From the NCBI GenBank assembly GCA_021432655.1, contig MU271248.1:71176-124667 (forward strand): a stretch of 53,492 nt of DNA, read 5' to 3'. Shown one piece after another: positions 12,077 to 25,648 of this stretch. This DNA comes from Atractiella rhizophila (taxonomy: Eukaryota). How positions within the stretch are numbered: the stretch's first letter is position 1; each line of letters opens with the position of its first letter. The position numbers were made by a program, and so were the translations under genes. The notes under the pieces were generated by a model. The model ran no database searches. It saw nothing but the letters and a program-made list of their open reading frames with translations, and was not told where the DNA came from.

Positions 12077-13184
12077 TAGTTGTGGATGGATGTGAGACCA
12101 CGTATTGCCTGAGAAATGCGGTAAAGAAAAGTCTCTCAGGTGCTGTGCCACCGTCATTTCCCTCCGATCAGAGCGGGTGTCAACTTTTATACACTTCATT
12201 TTCCCGTTTGAATCTCGACATACTTCCCATTTGCCATGACTATGATGAAGAAATTCACGCCAGCGACTTGGATTGATCCTTCCTCAACTTTGGAGCTTGG
12301 AAGGGTCGTTTCTGGATGATGCGTGACCTTGGTATTAGCATAGGATTGCATGGGATCTTGCTCGTTGGCTCCTAGTGTGGTATTACCTGTATGTTGGCTG
12401 CGCGATCGAATGGGTCTGTTGTAGGGTCAACCTCTGCAATGTGAAGCTGCACTAAAGACGAAAGGTGGGATCAGTCGGTGTATTGTCATTCCACCGCCCA
12501 GCGCGATACCCTCTTCTAGTTCAGACCCTGGACACTACAAACGACTCATTAGGTAGTTCCATAGCTTTCAAGTGTCCGTGACGGCCCTTGTTGGAAGTTA
12601 TTACGCTGCCAATGGTGAAGAGTTGCCACTTACCAGAGGCTGTGTGTGACTAGAGGACGAACCCACAAAGCAAAGTGACTATCTCCTCCATAAATTTTAC
12701 CGTCTGCCCGGGGTTGTTTGAGAAGTCTCATTCCCATTCTGAAATAAGAGCTGCCATTGTTATGGAACTTTCACAATGGATCATGGAGCGTGTTTCATCG
12801 AGGTTTTCCCTCTAGAAACGTCAGGACAACATGTCTCTGCTCGTCGATGGTAGGAACTTCGTTTGCTCTTGTATTCGGCTGAGTTATAGCTAGCGAGAGC
12901 AACTTCTACTTCTATCAACGAACCCTCCCAACTGGTTGATCATTGTGGTGAACTATACTGACGGCTTTCTTACAGTGCTTGCAATGCCTCTATCCCGTTC
13001 TCCCTCTCCATACAACGACGGTGCTACGGCTTCAGGGCCACGTTACGGTCTCAGGCGAACCAGTGTTAGGAAAGAACGAATCAGTCGACCCAGCGACCAT
13101 CGCAGTGTGAAAACTGTGGAATACCTGACGGATCATTATGACGGACTCACGGGGTCTTCCACCTTCATCAACGATCAACGACCT
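12062..13184. repeat. Tandem duplication unit B (~1.12 kb)
   Basis: Aligns to 10924-12061 and continues into the intact gene. Confidence 0.95.
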
Positions 13185-16100
13185 GAGAATGAGTATGAAG
13201 TACAGACAAGAGGGACGGAGCTCGATGATCGTTATGAACGAGAGAGGAGGATTAGTGGAAGTGGAAGCATGGGTGGAAGGACGAGAAAGGATAGCGGAGA
13301 CAGGAGGAATTATCCGCCGCCTCGGCGCCAACACGACGTCTACATTCCATCCAATAGTCCTGCTGCCGCCCTCCCCACATCGAAGCGACCGCCTACGAAC
13401 TGGTGGAAGCACGGGAAGAAGATTGAGCGTGGCAACCGAAGAAGGGATGACTGGGAAGATGGGAGGGACAGGATGCAGGACAGAAGGGATTCTAACGATG
13501 ACAGAAGAGAAGCTAGGGATAAGGGGAAAGGCCGAGAGGAAGCAGACGATGCGGGTTCCACGTCGAGAGAACTTGCCCATGCTCCGTCGCAGGCAGCACA
13601 AGAGGGACGAAAACTTGATCAGGAACCCCAGGAATACCCCCAGGCTCCTTCGTACAGCGTCGACATTCCTGGTCTCACTGATGTGGGAGCAATGCAGGAG
13701 GACTTCCAGAGTTTCAATCTGAACGCGCGAGCTTCGACAAGTCGACATTCTCTCGACGTGGGCCAGCCACCACCGGGTGAAGATCACCCAGCAGCTCCAA
13801 GGAGAGACGCTGAGGTGCCTGCCCAATCGGCTGCTTACGATGTACCGGGTCTCGCAACCGATCCTTTTCGAGACGGCACCAGCCAATACCCGTACTATTC
13901 GAACGGCTACGATGACTTCCAATCCCAGGCTCCAGTGAGCAATGATGCCATCCCAGGCATACCATTCCCCTCGACAGCGTCAGCTAATCCCTTTGCTTAC
14001 GAAGATCAGTCCATCATGTTCGAAAACCACCTTCGTTCCATCGGTCAAGGACCTAGAATCCCCAGACGGAGCTACGGAGATGGCGAAGACGACTCGAGGA
14101 GGAGGGGTCGAAGGAGGAGTGACAGGCCTGAACGCCCTCCAGACCCCCATCCTCCGGAACTCCACGGTAGTGCTTGGGATGGCGCGGATGCTCCTCAGAA
14201 TACGAGGGTCGGAGTGAAACTGAGGCGGAAGAGGAGCCGCGGTGGAGAGAAACAGAGTATCAGCAGTTGGCATGCTGCCAGAGCCCCACAACGCATACCT
14301 GACTTTATATTGGAGTAAGCAGCGGCTCTCCTCGTTCCAAACTATATTGACATCATGTCGACCAGGTTACCACCGTTTGCCGTCGCAGCTGTGATTGGGA
14401 AAGGAGGATGGAAAATTCAAGAGCTGATGAGGGAGACGCAGACGCATTGTCATGTTGACAAGGAACGTCCCGATGGGCCTGCACTACTTGTGCGTTCTAT
14501 CCACAGAGTTAAAACGACCTGTCTAATATTTGCTCTAGGTTTGGGGACAAGCTTCCAAGCTCGACAAAGTAAAACAAAGAGCCCTGCAATGGATTCAGGA
14601 GGCATACCCTGACTGGGAATCCATGTTTCCCGGCCCGTCTGGTTCAAATCATCCACCCCAGACGTCACAGAGCCCTGCATCACGACGACAACGCCTTGAA
14701 CGACAACCTGACGACGCCTATCGGGAAACAGCATACGAATATTCTCGTCATGAGCAACATGAATCGGAAGAGTACGGACCTCTTCTGTCGATGGAGCAGT
14801 GGAGTTCCCTCGATTCCTGGAGGCGGGAAACAGCCGAGTCCTTTGAACCTCCTTTCGAGCCACATCGGGACGAGCCTCTAGAGTATCTGGCATCTGAAAT
14901 TCCGAAGAAACAGAAGAAAGGGCTAGAAATCAAGGAAACTGAGGCAACAACGTGTCAGAAAGAAGCTCTATCGGGTTCTCCAGCTCATCTCACCAACGTT
15001 CCATCGTCTATCTCTTCCGATCGGTTGCAGCTTCACGAGGATCCTCAGTCCCAATTGCCTCATAATGTCGCTACACCAGCCTCCAAATATCTCCCCATAT
15101 CTACATCAGCTATTGTGAACAAGTCGATCAAAGGTGTGAGACGAGTTTCAAAGCCGACAGGAGAAGACGAGCATGTAGAACCGCCAACATGTCCTACCGA
15201 AATTGGCCAGAGAGAGCTCCAAAGAGAAACAACCCCACGTCCTACCACCCCGCCGCTTCCACGCCTAACGCCACCGCCAAAATCAACGCCTGCTCTTTCC
15301 CACCCTCGGGAACCGACACCAGCTCCCTCTCCATCTGCTCCACCAGTATCAACTCCCCCTCTACCTCCAAAATCTCTGCCACATCATTCCAGTCCACAAT
15401 CTATCCCACAGAACAGGGCAAAAGAAGTCGCAGCCACTCTGGAGAGACAAGGGCAGCAGTCTTCACCTGTATCGCCTCAGTCAACAGTTGAGGCGACACC
15501 ACTAGAACCGACAAATGTTGTCAGCGATGTGAAAGGGGTCTCGTACAATCATCCTTCCTCAGCAGTCCAAAATTCGCCTTCGGAGCCAATACCACCTGTC
15601 GAGTCTGCGCCAGATAAGGAGGTAGAGGAGAGCTCACGAGCTCGTGTGCTAGTGAAAAGAAAGAAAAGTGGCATTCTCGACAAGCGATTGTTATCGACTT
15701 CCCAACATGAAATCACCAACACCCAAGATCAGTCCACGCCTACTCCAGAGCATGAACTACAGAGTACCGCTTCCGATGCTCCTACTGCTGACATCCTCAT
15801 CTCTGCTGCGACAGTACTTACGACGCTTCGTTGCCGTTCACCTCCCTCATGTCCTCATATTGATCCAGAGCCGCCGGTCGAGGATGCACGAAAATCAGGC
15901 GATGGTATGATCGTCCAAGGAGCCGTGCAGATTTGTGAAGAGGATAATGCTGACTTAGGCGGAGAGACGACGCGAGCAAATCCCACTGAAGTTCGTGTTG
16001 AACAGCCATCGAACGAGACTGCCGTGGTACAAGAGCCTCCAGCGATGCAAGAGAACTTCAATCTAAACGCAAACTTCGATGGAGTTACAGAGCATGCCAA

Positions 16101-17332
16101 AGCCAACGAAGAACACGTTCAGACCACAGCATGCTCTGATGCTTCACCCACACGTCTACCCCCTGTCGGTGCCGACCATCCTAGTACATCCAAGCGCCAG
16201 CATACGGGTGCCGCAGTTCCTGCTTCCCCCACGGCGATTGGATCTCCAGCTGTGGACTTTGATGAGGATATGGAAGTGAGCAACGCTCTTCGCACACACT
16301 CAGCTTCGCCACACGTCCTCGTCGAAGCTATGACCGTTGATTCCACAACCAGTCCACTTTCAAACAGTCCTCTTGGGCCAACTCGAGAACAGGCATCGCA
16401 AGATCGTCGCAATGTCGAGGAGTCCATCGGGATTGACCGCCCAGAGGTTTCTCAAGCACTTCCACTCCCATCCCCGATCTCAGATGGAGTGGAAAAGGTA
16501 GAGGGTAACCCTCCGACTCCGAAGCCTACCTCTACTCCCACTCCTTCCCCTTCGGACTCCCCTTCAACACCTACTTTACCTATACCACCTCATTCCTCCG
16601 CGAAAACGCTGTTCCCTATCTTCACTAACGATCGACGACTTCCCTTCCATCCTACCACCCCTCCTGCTACTATCTCAGAAGGTACGTCTGACAAAGCGGC
16701 TGTGGAGGCTCTCGTTCCTTCCAACGAACCGGATCCCCGACAACAGACTATTACCATCTTCTTCAGACCCCAAAAGAAGGTGGCAAATCAGCCAGAAACG
16801 GATGTGGCTGCAGAACTGCTGAAGGTCTCACCACCAGACGTCCAACCTTCTCAGAGCTTCGATACGATCATCCCTCTGCGATCTCCCTCCCCAAAGAAGC
16901 TATTTATTGGGCAAAAACGAAAGTATGAGGAAGAGAGCGAATCTGAGGAGGAACTGGACCTCATCGACGTCTCGCTATTCGCTCCTGATCCTGTCGAAAA
17001 AGAGCCACCGCCTCCCACTCCTCTCCCATGTCCTCTCACATGGTCCATTCCGATCAAAGAAGAACCTTCAGAAGGATTGCCCCCGGCTCCTGTACATCCC
17101 AGGTCCTCCTTGAACCCTGACCACACTTCGCCAGCTCCCTCAATACCTCCGTATGTGATTCCTCTTCTGCGTTCTGTACTATACTGACTTTTTAACCTTC
17201 AGTGTTTCAAGGAAAACACGGTTCAAGATGGGGCGTGTTGTGGTCAAGAATGCCAGAAATCAGGAATTGCTGGGATATTCTGAAGTGGGCGGGAGGAAGA
17301 AGCGACTTCGAACGAGTCAACACGAACAATAG
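12984..17332 (+). CDS. Large (~1,400 aa) low-complexity protein with one KH RNA-binding domain
   Basis: Long ORFs 12936-14318 and 14623-17187 are joined by exons encoding LPPFAVAAVIGKGGWKIQELMRETQTHCHV (KH GxxG loop). The last exon after the GTATGT intron at 17151 ends at TAG 17330-17332. Confidence 0.75.
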
Positions 17333-17603
17333 ATTTGCTATGGTCCAGTCTAAATTAGTGGCCTTTTATAGTCGTTCTTCTCACTTTCTCATCATTTCTC
17401 GTTTTCAAGCCAGTATAGCTAGTCCCAGTTGTGTTTGTTTAGTCACCGTGCAGAGCTGTACGTATCTATTATCCGATACCAGGAAAAACGTTCGAAAGTC
17501 GAAAAATTTCACGGTGTTGTATGCATTGATGGAAACAAACAAGAGTTTAAGCTGAACGGAGTTACAAAGGGCATTCGACTTCAAGGTCTGTTCTACCATT
17601 TCT

Positions 17604-20117
17604 TCAACGGTTCTTCTTCCCTTTCAACGCATCGATCATCTTTGGTCTATTCGCTCCATTCTTCCCTCCTCCAGGCCCATTGCTCGCTACACTCGACGAC
17701 TTGGACGACCCTGCCTGCTGCCTCTCCACCTTCTCGCCCACATCCTCCTCTTCTTCATAATCCACAAGCGCGACCCCTCCTCTGCCCTGTATCGCAGCGC
17801 TCATCAGTCCTGCTCCCACGGCACGAGCACCGACCGCGCTCTCTGTCAGGGCGGTCGAGGTGGCAGATTTGTGTTTGTTGGGCGAGGACGGTGCGGACGA
17901 GGACGAGGTCTGAGCCTGGGCCATCGCCTTCGCTTTCAGGTTGGCGATCGATTCGCGACGCATGTTTTCTGTGGGAGGGGGAAGGATGCTTGGGTGGCGA
18001 GGGGATACCGTCACCGGTCTCTTCGCCGGAGGAAGGGATGAGGAGCCGTCTTCGAGCTTTCGCTTTTTCTCGTTCGACCCGAAGGGCTCGGTTGACGAGA
18101 GTTTGTTGGTGGTGAGAGAACGGAAGGAGGGGTTGGGATTCTTTGGTGTGTTTGATACGAGGTTATGATGGTTTTGGCGGGAAGGGGTGGATGAGGTGGG
18201 GGTTCTATCGCTGTGTCCCTCTCGATTTCGCTCTTGTAGGTAGTAGAGGAGGTAGACGCTGTTTTTGTATTGTGGGAAACCGGTGACCGTCGTCCTAGAC
18301 GAGTCGTCGAACTCTACCCAGCCACGGGGAGTGTGGACGTAAGAGATGTAATGTCCAGAATTAGGGGAGCCTCCATGGTGAGCGGTCATCGCGTAGAGCT
18401 TGTACCACTCCGGTCCCTGTGCACCAAGCCCAACGTCAACAATGTCAACACATCAGCGCTAATTGGTGATAGGGATGAGGTGGAGGAGGCAAACGCACCT
18501 CGTTCTGGCTGAGATAAGGAGCGATGTTCAGCCGCTCGGGATAGCCTACCGGCCCATTGATCTTCTTCCCCATGCTCGTGAACCTCTTCAAATGGACCGT
18601 GAGAACCATAGGTGCCTTCTCTATCGAAAACCTCTTCTCAGCAGCGACCGGTTTCTTGCACCTGCACCAACCAATCCTTCAGAGCCGAACTGGGGAACCA
18701 TGAAGAAAGCAGGAAGATAGGGGAGAGGGCAAGGACGTACTTGTCGCACTTATATTTATTCTGTCCATCCAACCTCTCCGCCCTCGTGAAAGCCCTCAAT
18801 CCTCCCTCTACATCGTTCAGCCTGACATCGAGGGAGACATCCATCATCTCGTCGTACGTGTCCGAATTGTAGCCGCACGTCTTGCATGTCACTCTCGAAC
18901 GGAGCTTGCCTCCAAAGATGCGTGAGATGAAGGTCTGATGTCTGAGTTTTGCCTCGACGTCTTTCCTGTTCGCATTCGCAGAACATGAGCTTTGAGTTGG
19001 TTGGGGATGAATTGGACGGGAAAGGGGAAATGACGAACGGGAATTTGTTTAGGAGCGCCTGTTGCATCCCGTCCAGAGTATAGCGTAGGAATTCATGGGC
19101 ATCTTCTTGTCTATATGCCTGAAAATGAGGTACTATAACTACTCCACCCAAACCAAAGTCACATCAGTCAATCATCCAAAACAAAAAGCAAAGGAGACGA
19201 ATACATACGTCTCATATGTTTAGTCCCAAAAAATCCCGTCGAGCGCTCCCGGTTTCCATCGACCCAAGTCTTCTTCATCAAATTGTCCATCGCACAAGCC
19301 ACACAATACCCCCACAACTTATTGTTCGACCTCGACTCTCCCTCCCTCGTATTCTCCTTCCTACACTTCCCCATCTCGTGCATGCCCTTCACGACCAAGG
19401 CGTCGATGAGGGGGGGAGTGTGGAGGAGCGGCTGGAGGATGGAGTTGACGAAACAGGTGTTGCCGGCGTTGTGCAGGCCGGGGGCGGACTTGAGAGGGGT
19501 GTTGGGCCATTGCAGGGAGAGCGGGGTGGAGGTGTGTAGCCGGGTGGAGAAGGGGGAGAGTGAAGCGGGAACAGGCGAGGACGGCGGAGAGGGCGGGGGA
19601 GAGAGCGTCTGTTTGGACGTTGAGGCGACGGGAAGCTCCTATTCGCATCCATCCCATAGCACATCAACTTCACATCCCTAGGATGCAAAGAAAAGTGAAA
19701 GGAAAGACGCACGGGTCCTATTTTGGGCTTGGGAGCGGATACATTCACCGTTTCGTATTCCGAGTTCAGTGTCAGACCTGGCTGATATTTCTCCACCGCC
19801 GGCACCCACTCCAACCTCGGAAGGATATCAAACACCTTCTCCGCCTTCTCTTCCCTCCCCACTCCCTTCCCTCCCTCCTTCTCCTTCTCCACCTCCTTCC
19901 CCTTCTGACTCGCCTTGTCCCTTTCGCCCTGTGCATCCTTCCCGAGACTCGCGGGCGTAGGCAGCCCCTCAGCCTGTCCCTCGTCGTCCGACATGCTGAA
20001 CTTTGCTCTCTTCCCCTTCGCCTGCCTGAGCGGGGACGCGGGACGCTTGAGGGGGTGCGGCTGCGCGCGGGCGAAGAGGCTGGTGTGCGGGAGGGACGTC
20101 ATGAGTGCCGTCGACAT
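17604..20117 (-). CDS. Ubiquitin-specific protease (peptidase C19, USP36/42-like)
   Basis: Cys box LHNAGNTCFVNSILQPLLHTP, QEDAHEFLR, CKTC, LDGQNKYKCDK, His box AHHGGSPNSGHYISYV...FDDS. Confidence 0.92.
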
Positions 20118-20335
20118 TGTCGCTCTGTGGCGCGAGCGAGACGGCAGACGGAGGAGACGCGTGAACAGCCTGTGAGAGTGGGCGACTGCGCGTGCGAGGT
20201 TTTTTTGTTGGTTCGTCTGAAAATCGAAAAATCAAAAAATCTTTTGTGGGTAACACCGATATCGCCGAGTCTGAACTCCCTTCTGCTGGGATTATGACCA
20301 TTGTAACTAACTAGCATACATTTCATGCCAATGGT

Positions 20336-21296
20336 TTAGGATTGGTTGACCACTTCCACACCCTTCAGCACCACCTGCCCTCCATCCCCACCTTCCCTCG
20401 ACACCCGCGCCAAATACAACCCCTCGCCACGATTCTTCACCCACTCCCTCTCCTCCTCCGTCTCCGCTACCTTCACCGTTCTCTTCACCGACTCCCGAGC
20501 GACGGGAGAGCCCACCGTCCCCGGAGAGGAGCGGAGAATGGCGTCTAGTTTCTCAGAGATGGAGGACGCGGAGGAGGGGGACGACGCGAGGAGCACAATC
20601 TCGGAGATGCGAAATGAGCCGTTGGGATGGGGAGCGGTGGGAGGGGGGACCTAGTTCATTCGTTATTCGTGGAAGAGTAAGTTCGAGATGAAGAGAGACC
20701 GCGTACCCTCCATTCGCGGGGAGTTAGATCGACTATCCCAAATCAAAGCATCAGAATTCAGAGTCGACCGACTTGCTGGAAGAAAGGGAAGGATAAAACG
20801 GACCGCAAAAGAACGGTTTTCTACCCACTCCCACCCTTTCCGACCCACTCCTCGAAATCCTCCACTTCAACTCCTTCCCCTCCTTCGTCCTCCTCCCTCC
20901 CGCTCTAAGCATATCATATCTTTCCTCCTCCCCAAGTGTCGCATTGACGCCATCAACATACGCCTCCGCCTCCTCCCCCACAACACCAATCGACCAATCG
21001 ATCCAGCCCTCTTCTTTCCCCTCCAAGTGACGGGACCACCAATGCTCCCTCCTCTTCTTCTCCCACGCCTCCCTCTCCGCATCCGAGAGGGCGACGATGG
21101 CGGGATCGCTGGGGGAGACGAAGGCGAGGATCTCAAAGTAGATGGTGTCCGTGGGGAAGACGATCAGCGCGTTCTCGGTCACGAGGTCGAGGTGTCGTCC
21201 GCCCGGAAAGATGGTGAAGCCTTGCGAACGGAAGGAGGCGATCGCATCTGGGAGGGACGGAACGAGGTAGATGAGGTGGTCAAGCGTCGCTGACAT
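20336..21296 (-). CDS. Glyoxalase-like (VOC, Glyoxalase_3-type) protein
   Basis: LDHLIYLV, GF...GGRH...TENALIVF...YFEIL, GGRRT..G.ELKW, PFFC|VDLTPREWR|VP...HPNG. Confidence 0.85.
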
Positions 21297-23279
21297 CTTT
21301 CGCGCCTTTCAATGTTGGATTGGTTATTCGGATTTCCGAGTCACCACTTGCTAACGAGCGCGAACTGGGAATGTAAAGGTCACGAAACGGATAATAAGTG
21401 GGATGGGAACGTTGAGTAGTCGTGACTTTGACCAGCTGGACACGACGGACCCACTGGAGCGTTCAAAGTGTGATCAAAAATGTTTGAACATTGCGACAGA
21501 TGGCGAGTATATTTCCACCAATAACATTTGAGACGTTATGTTCAAATCACCAACATCCTCATCCTGATTCCTGAGGGATAGGAGACCTCTCTGTCACGGT
21601 GACAGCGTAAGCGAACACGAACCAGCTCTCAGGCCTCCTGACCTGACCTGCCGTTGCGTGCGCGATTCATAACTTCTGCTGTCGGTATGCTCCCTACTGC
21701 GGTGAGGTAATGACCCCAGTATCACTCACTCAAGGTCGATGCTTGATCCTCCTTCAGTTTCAGTCGCCTTCCGAGGGCAAGGCGACGATGGTTCGACTGC
21801 CACTGGTTCAAATTCGGTCGTCCCAGCCTGGGTAACTTCGGAATGAAATGAAGCAGTGAAGGTCAAGGCAGCTTTCTGCGACTGCAGCGCGCATCGCGCA
21901 TCACATGTCCATGGTGCAGGTACAATTGACCGTACAATGGAGGAGGCAGCTTGGTCAGCGCAGTGGTGCTGGGCCCATGTCCGACTGTCGATTATCCCTC
22001 CTTCGCACCTAATAATACTCGCAACCTCTTGACTCATACTGTTCATGAATTGAACACTTGTGCGCATGCACGGATAAAGAGTGTGCAGCAAAGAACGGTT
22101 ATGGCCATTATAACCCCGCTGCTTCGTTCTCGCCATCGAAGAAAGAAAAGAGCGATCGTTCTAGCACGCCTAGCTCCATGGTGACCTTCGAGTTGACTCG
22201 GGCTGAGGAAAGGTAGCGTTTGAGCGTTTGACATTTATGCCGCTGAGCACTTTGCTAAAATCCTGACATCTGGTATCCGAAAGCCAGCCCGAGAAGACTG
22301 CACATAACGTATGGAGCGAAATGGCACCGGTCTATGGACAAGGTGGCCAGTAATATTGTCACAACACCAGAGTTGACTGCGATTGTGCTGTTGAACGCAA
22401 GCGCAAGCCGAGAACGCACCTATTCAACGCTTCAGTGAGCTGGTTTCTCAAATCCACCCCTAACTATCGATTATCCTGTGCTCTTGAAGAAGCTTCCTTT
22501 ATACTACTGTATGTTACCTTCATCAAGGCGCACGTGACTGTGAATTTCGTGCAAATATTTGGCGCGAAACAAACGCCCAACATTTTGGCTTTCACCAGGC
22601 CAGTGGAACCTGCGACATGAGTGCACGAGCAGGAAATCTAAACGAGGGAGAGGAATGCACCTGCCATAATCAGCATTTTCAGGTGATTACAGCGTCAGCG
22701 TTTACTTCATTTTTGACAGTACGATGCGTTGCAAACCGTATAAAAGGACGCAAGAGACAAGTACGCTGAGGACGGGGTACTAGTGATTTCACTTTACAAC
22801 TTGCTACGTACGACCACATCCATGGTCGTGAATGACCATCCGATAGACAAATCTGCAAACAGCAGGCTAAGACAACTCAAACGACTCAAAACAAGGGAAA
22901 CTGCTCTGTTCACGAATCACGAAACGAATCTATAGTAAATCTCGTATAACGTCAGACTCGACGGAAAGGTGATAGGTGAACTTAAGCAAACGAAAAGTGT
23001 TCGTGGTTATGAGACAATATGAGACGATAGGATAATCGGGAAGAAGGCAACAATAGATGGAATTGGTTCGGAGAACTTGGACTTGAGTTGATGGCTGGTT
23101 GAAGGGAGGACAAGCTGGTATGATTAAGTCCTAGCTTAAGGACTTGCGAGAAAGAAGGGATAACAACATAGATACCATAAACAAGATATAGAAGCTGAAA
23201 GAGACAAAACAGACGTATTCCTACATATTTTGGGTATAGACCAATAAAGGGAATTAAACTGATTTCGACGAGGGAATAA

Positions 23280-24776
23280 TCATCGTTGGAACGCCTTGTT
23301 CAAGCCGTCGTTGAAGATCTTGCCTAGTATCTCATCCAGAGTAAGGTCCTGCGGGTTAAACTCCAATTCGAACGAATTGGAATAGACAACCTTCACGCTA
23401 GGGACTTTGCGGAAGCCACAACGGACAGTCGGGACCTCGGTTGCTGGTTTAGGGATCCCAGCGGAGCCCGTTGGTTTCGTCTGCGATGAGGAGGAGATCC
23501 GACGATATCTGGGCTGATGAGGTGGAGGCTGAGAGAGCGTGATGGAGGTCTGGGAAGCGTTTCGGAGGATGGACACGAGCTTGAGACCGTGATCCATTCG
23601 TGCTGTGGAGAGTACGGTGATGGAGCTGAAATACTTTGTATTGAACAAATCCAGCGCTGCGTTCTTCCCTTTCTGACCTTCCGGAGGCTGGCTGACGTGA
23701 TCATGACCTCGAACGAGGATCTCGGATTTCGTTCGTGGTGAATGAGACGGTCGTTTAGGCGCTGTGGGAGACAAAGAAGGACGCGAAGGCAAACTTTTGC
23801 TGACGACGGCCGTGCTCCCACGGTTCGGAGGGGAAGGCGGAGGACAAAAAGATGCAAGGTTGATGTCCTCCAGCAAAGAGCGCCAGGATGTGGCCATCAC
23901 ATCCTGAGAAAGTCGGGGGTCTGCTGACCTTCGTTTGAACGGAGTGCAAGGTGTGGGTTGCGGGACGGGAAGAAACTGGGTTAATGCCTCCTCTGCTCGT
24001 GCTCGATTGGGCACACGCTGTAACTCCGTTCGAGAGGAATATGTCCTGAATTCTTCATCCACCCCTCGTAGATCCAAAAGGGCGCGAAGGTGCTGAGGAT
24101 CTGGAGCGCTCTCAGAATCGCTCACACTTCCCCCATCCGCTACTGCTGCTGATAAAGAGAGAATCGGTGGCCTGGTCCTCTTTGGTTGAGCCAGTCGGTT
24201 TATTGAAAATGGAGTCACTCACGCTAGCTCGTCTTTCGATATCCTCAGTCCAAATAAGCTTTTCGTGGGAGCCACATCCTCTCCCGCCTCCACCGGTGTC
24301 AATTCGTCCTCCTGCTGACACATAAAGTCGTCCTCCATAAAGAAGACACCATCATCCGAATCTAGACCAGCCTCTCCATCTGATTTCTGGGCGATATCGC
24401 TGTCGGATGCCCCGAGTAAGGAGGTCGTGAGTCCCCTTGGAGAGACGAACAGGCCGTATTTGTCTTTGGCTAGACTAGCTCGTCGCTTCTTCGCTCGTAT
24501 AGCTGTCATCGCCGCGCTGCGCTGGTGGTGTGCCGCCATCCAAGGCGGCAGCTCATCCTCGGATTCTTCGGCAGGGACTGGATAGCTTGACATATGGCTT
24601 CCTGAGAGGCGAGGAGTTATGGGGATAGACGTCGTGCTCGTTGAAGAGGTCGTATCCCTAGAAGGGACCGTGCGTAAACTGGACGAGTGTTGTGAAGCAT
24701 CTATTCGATCCATTCGAGCACGGAGGGTTGAGCGAGTGTCCAGCTCTGGCGTGCTGGTCAACGAGATGGGAGACAT
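23280..24776 (-). CDS. Hypothetical Ser/Pro-rich protein, 2 exons
   Basis: Two long same-frame ORFs joined by an in-frame 51-nt GTGAGT...GCTCAAC...CAG intron (~24172-24222); TTTATAA on the minus strand ~90 nt upstream. Confidence 0.7.
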
Positions 24777-25648
24777 GGAAGAAAAAGTGAGGCGAGACAA
24801 CAGAGGAGATGAATCAGAAAAAGAGGCAAGAATAGGAGAGATGATGACTTGCGGGGGACCTCCTTATAAAGGCTTCGGGCTCCCAAGTTCTCTGTCGAGG
24901 CCCCTCCGATCAAAGTAACATTAACCTTGCTGCTGTTCCCATTCAGTGCCATCTCAAATTATGACTCAAGGTTAATGAGGAGCTCCGACGCGAGTTAACT
25001 CCCCTTTCAAACTGTCAAGGCAAGGTCAAAGCAAAAGCCAACGAGCCAGAAGGCCAGATAAAGACCGTCGGTCCTCAGCGCAGCACCGCATCCTGGCCCT
25101 TCTTCGCCAGTCCCTCGCCATGCTACCGTAGCATGAAGATTGAGGGGTGCACGATGCGGAGTGCCTTGTCATCTCACCTCCTCAGCTCCATCTCAACTTC
25201 TTTCTGGAAGCTCGCGGAACCAATTATTCGATCTTAGATTGTACAAACTTTCCCGATCATCTTCTCCTGCGTCATGCAGGTATGTGCTCAAGCTCACGGG
25301 CACGTGTTTCGAAGCTGCGAGAAAGTGCGACGGGGTAACAGGAAGCCATCAGGGAAAGCGTGGTGCTGTGAACCGTCCGCTATTGTAGTGCTAGTTTTCT
25401 CAATTTCTCAGCAAAACAAAAATAACTGGTGCAACGACAGTGTCGGAAGCTAAGTGCCCATAACACGTTATACATAAATCTCCTGAGCTCATGAGCATGA
25501 GTACAGAAGATCACATCGGCTAACAAGGTAGGACCGCTCGAACAGGAAATTTCCAGAGTCTCTCGGTTTGTACCAAAGTTTGGAAGCATTCATGATATGG
25601 AGTTCCCTTTCAGACGAATTCCCAATTAAATTGATTTTGAAACTAAAG

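Noticed and set aside
24172..24222. Single in-frame TGA between two long ORFs, suggesting readthrough or selenocysteine
   Set aside because: The TGA lies within a GTGAGT donor of an in-frame 51-nt intron with a branch-like GCTCAAC and a CAG acceptor.
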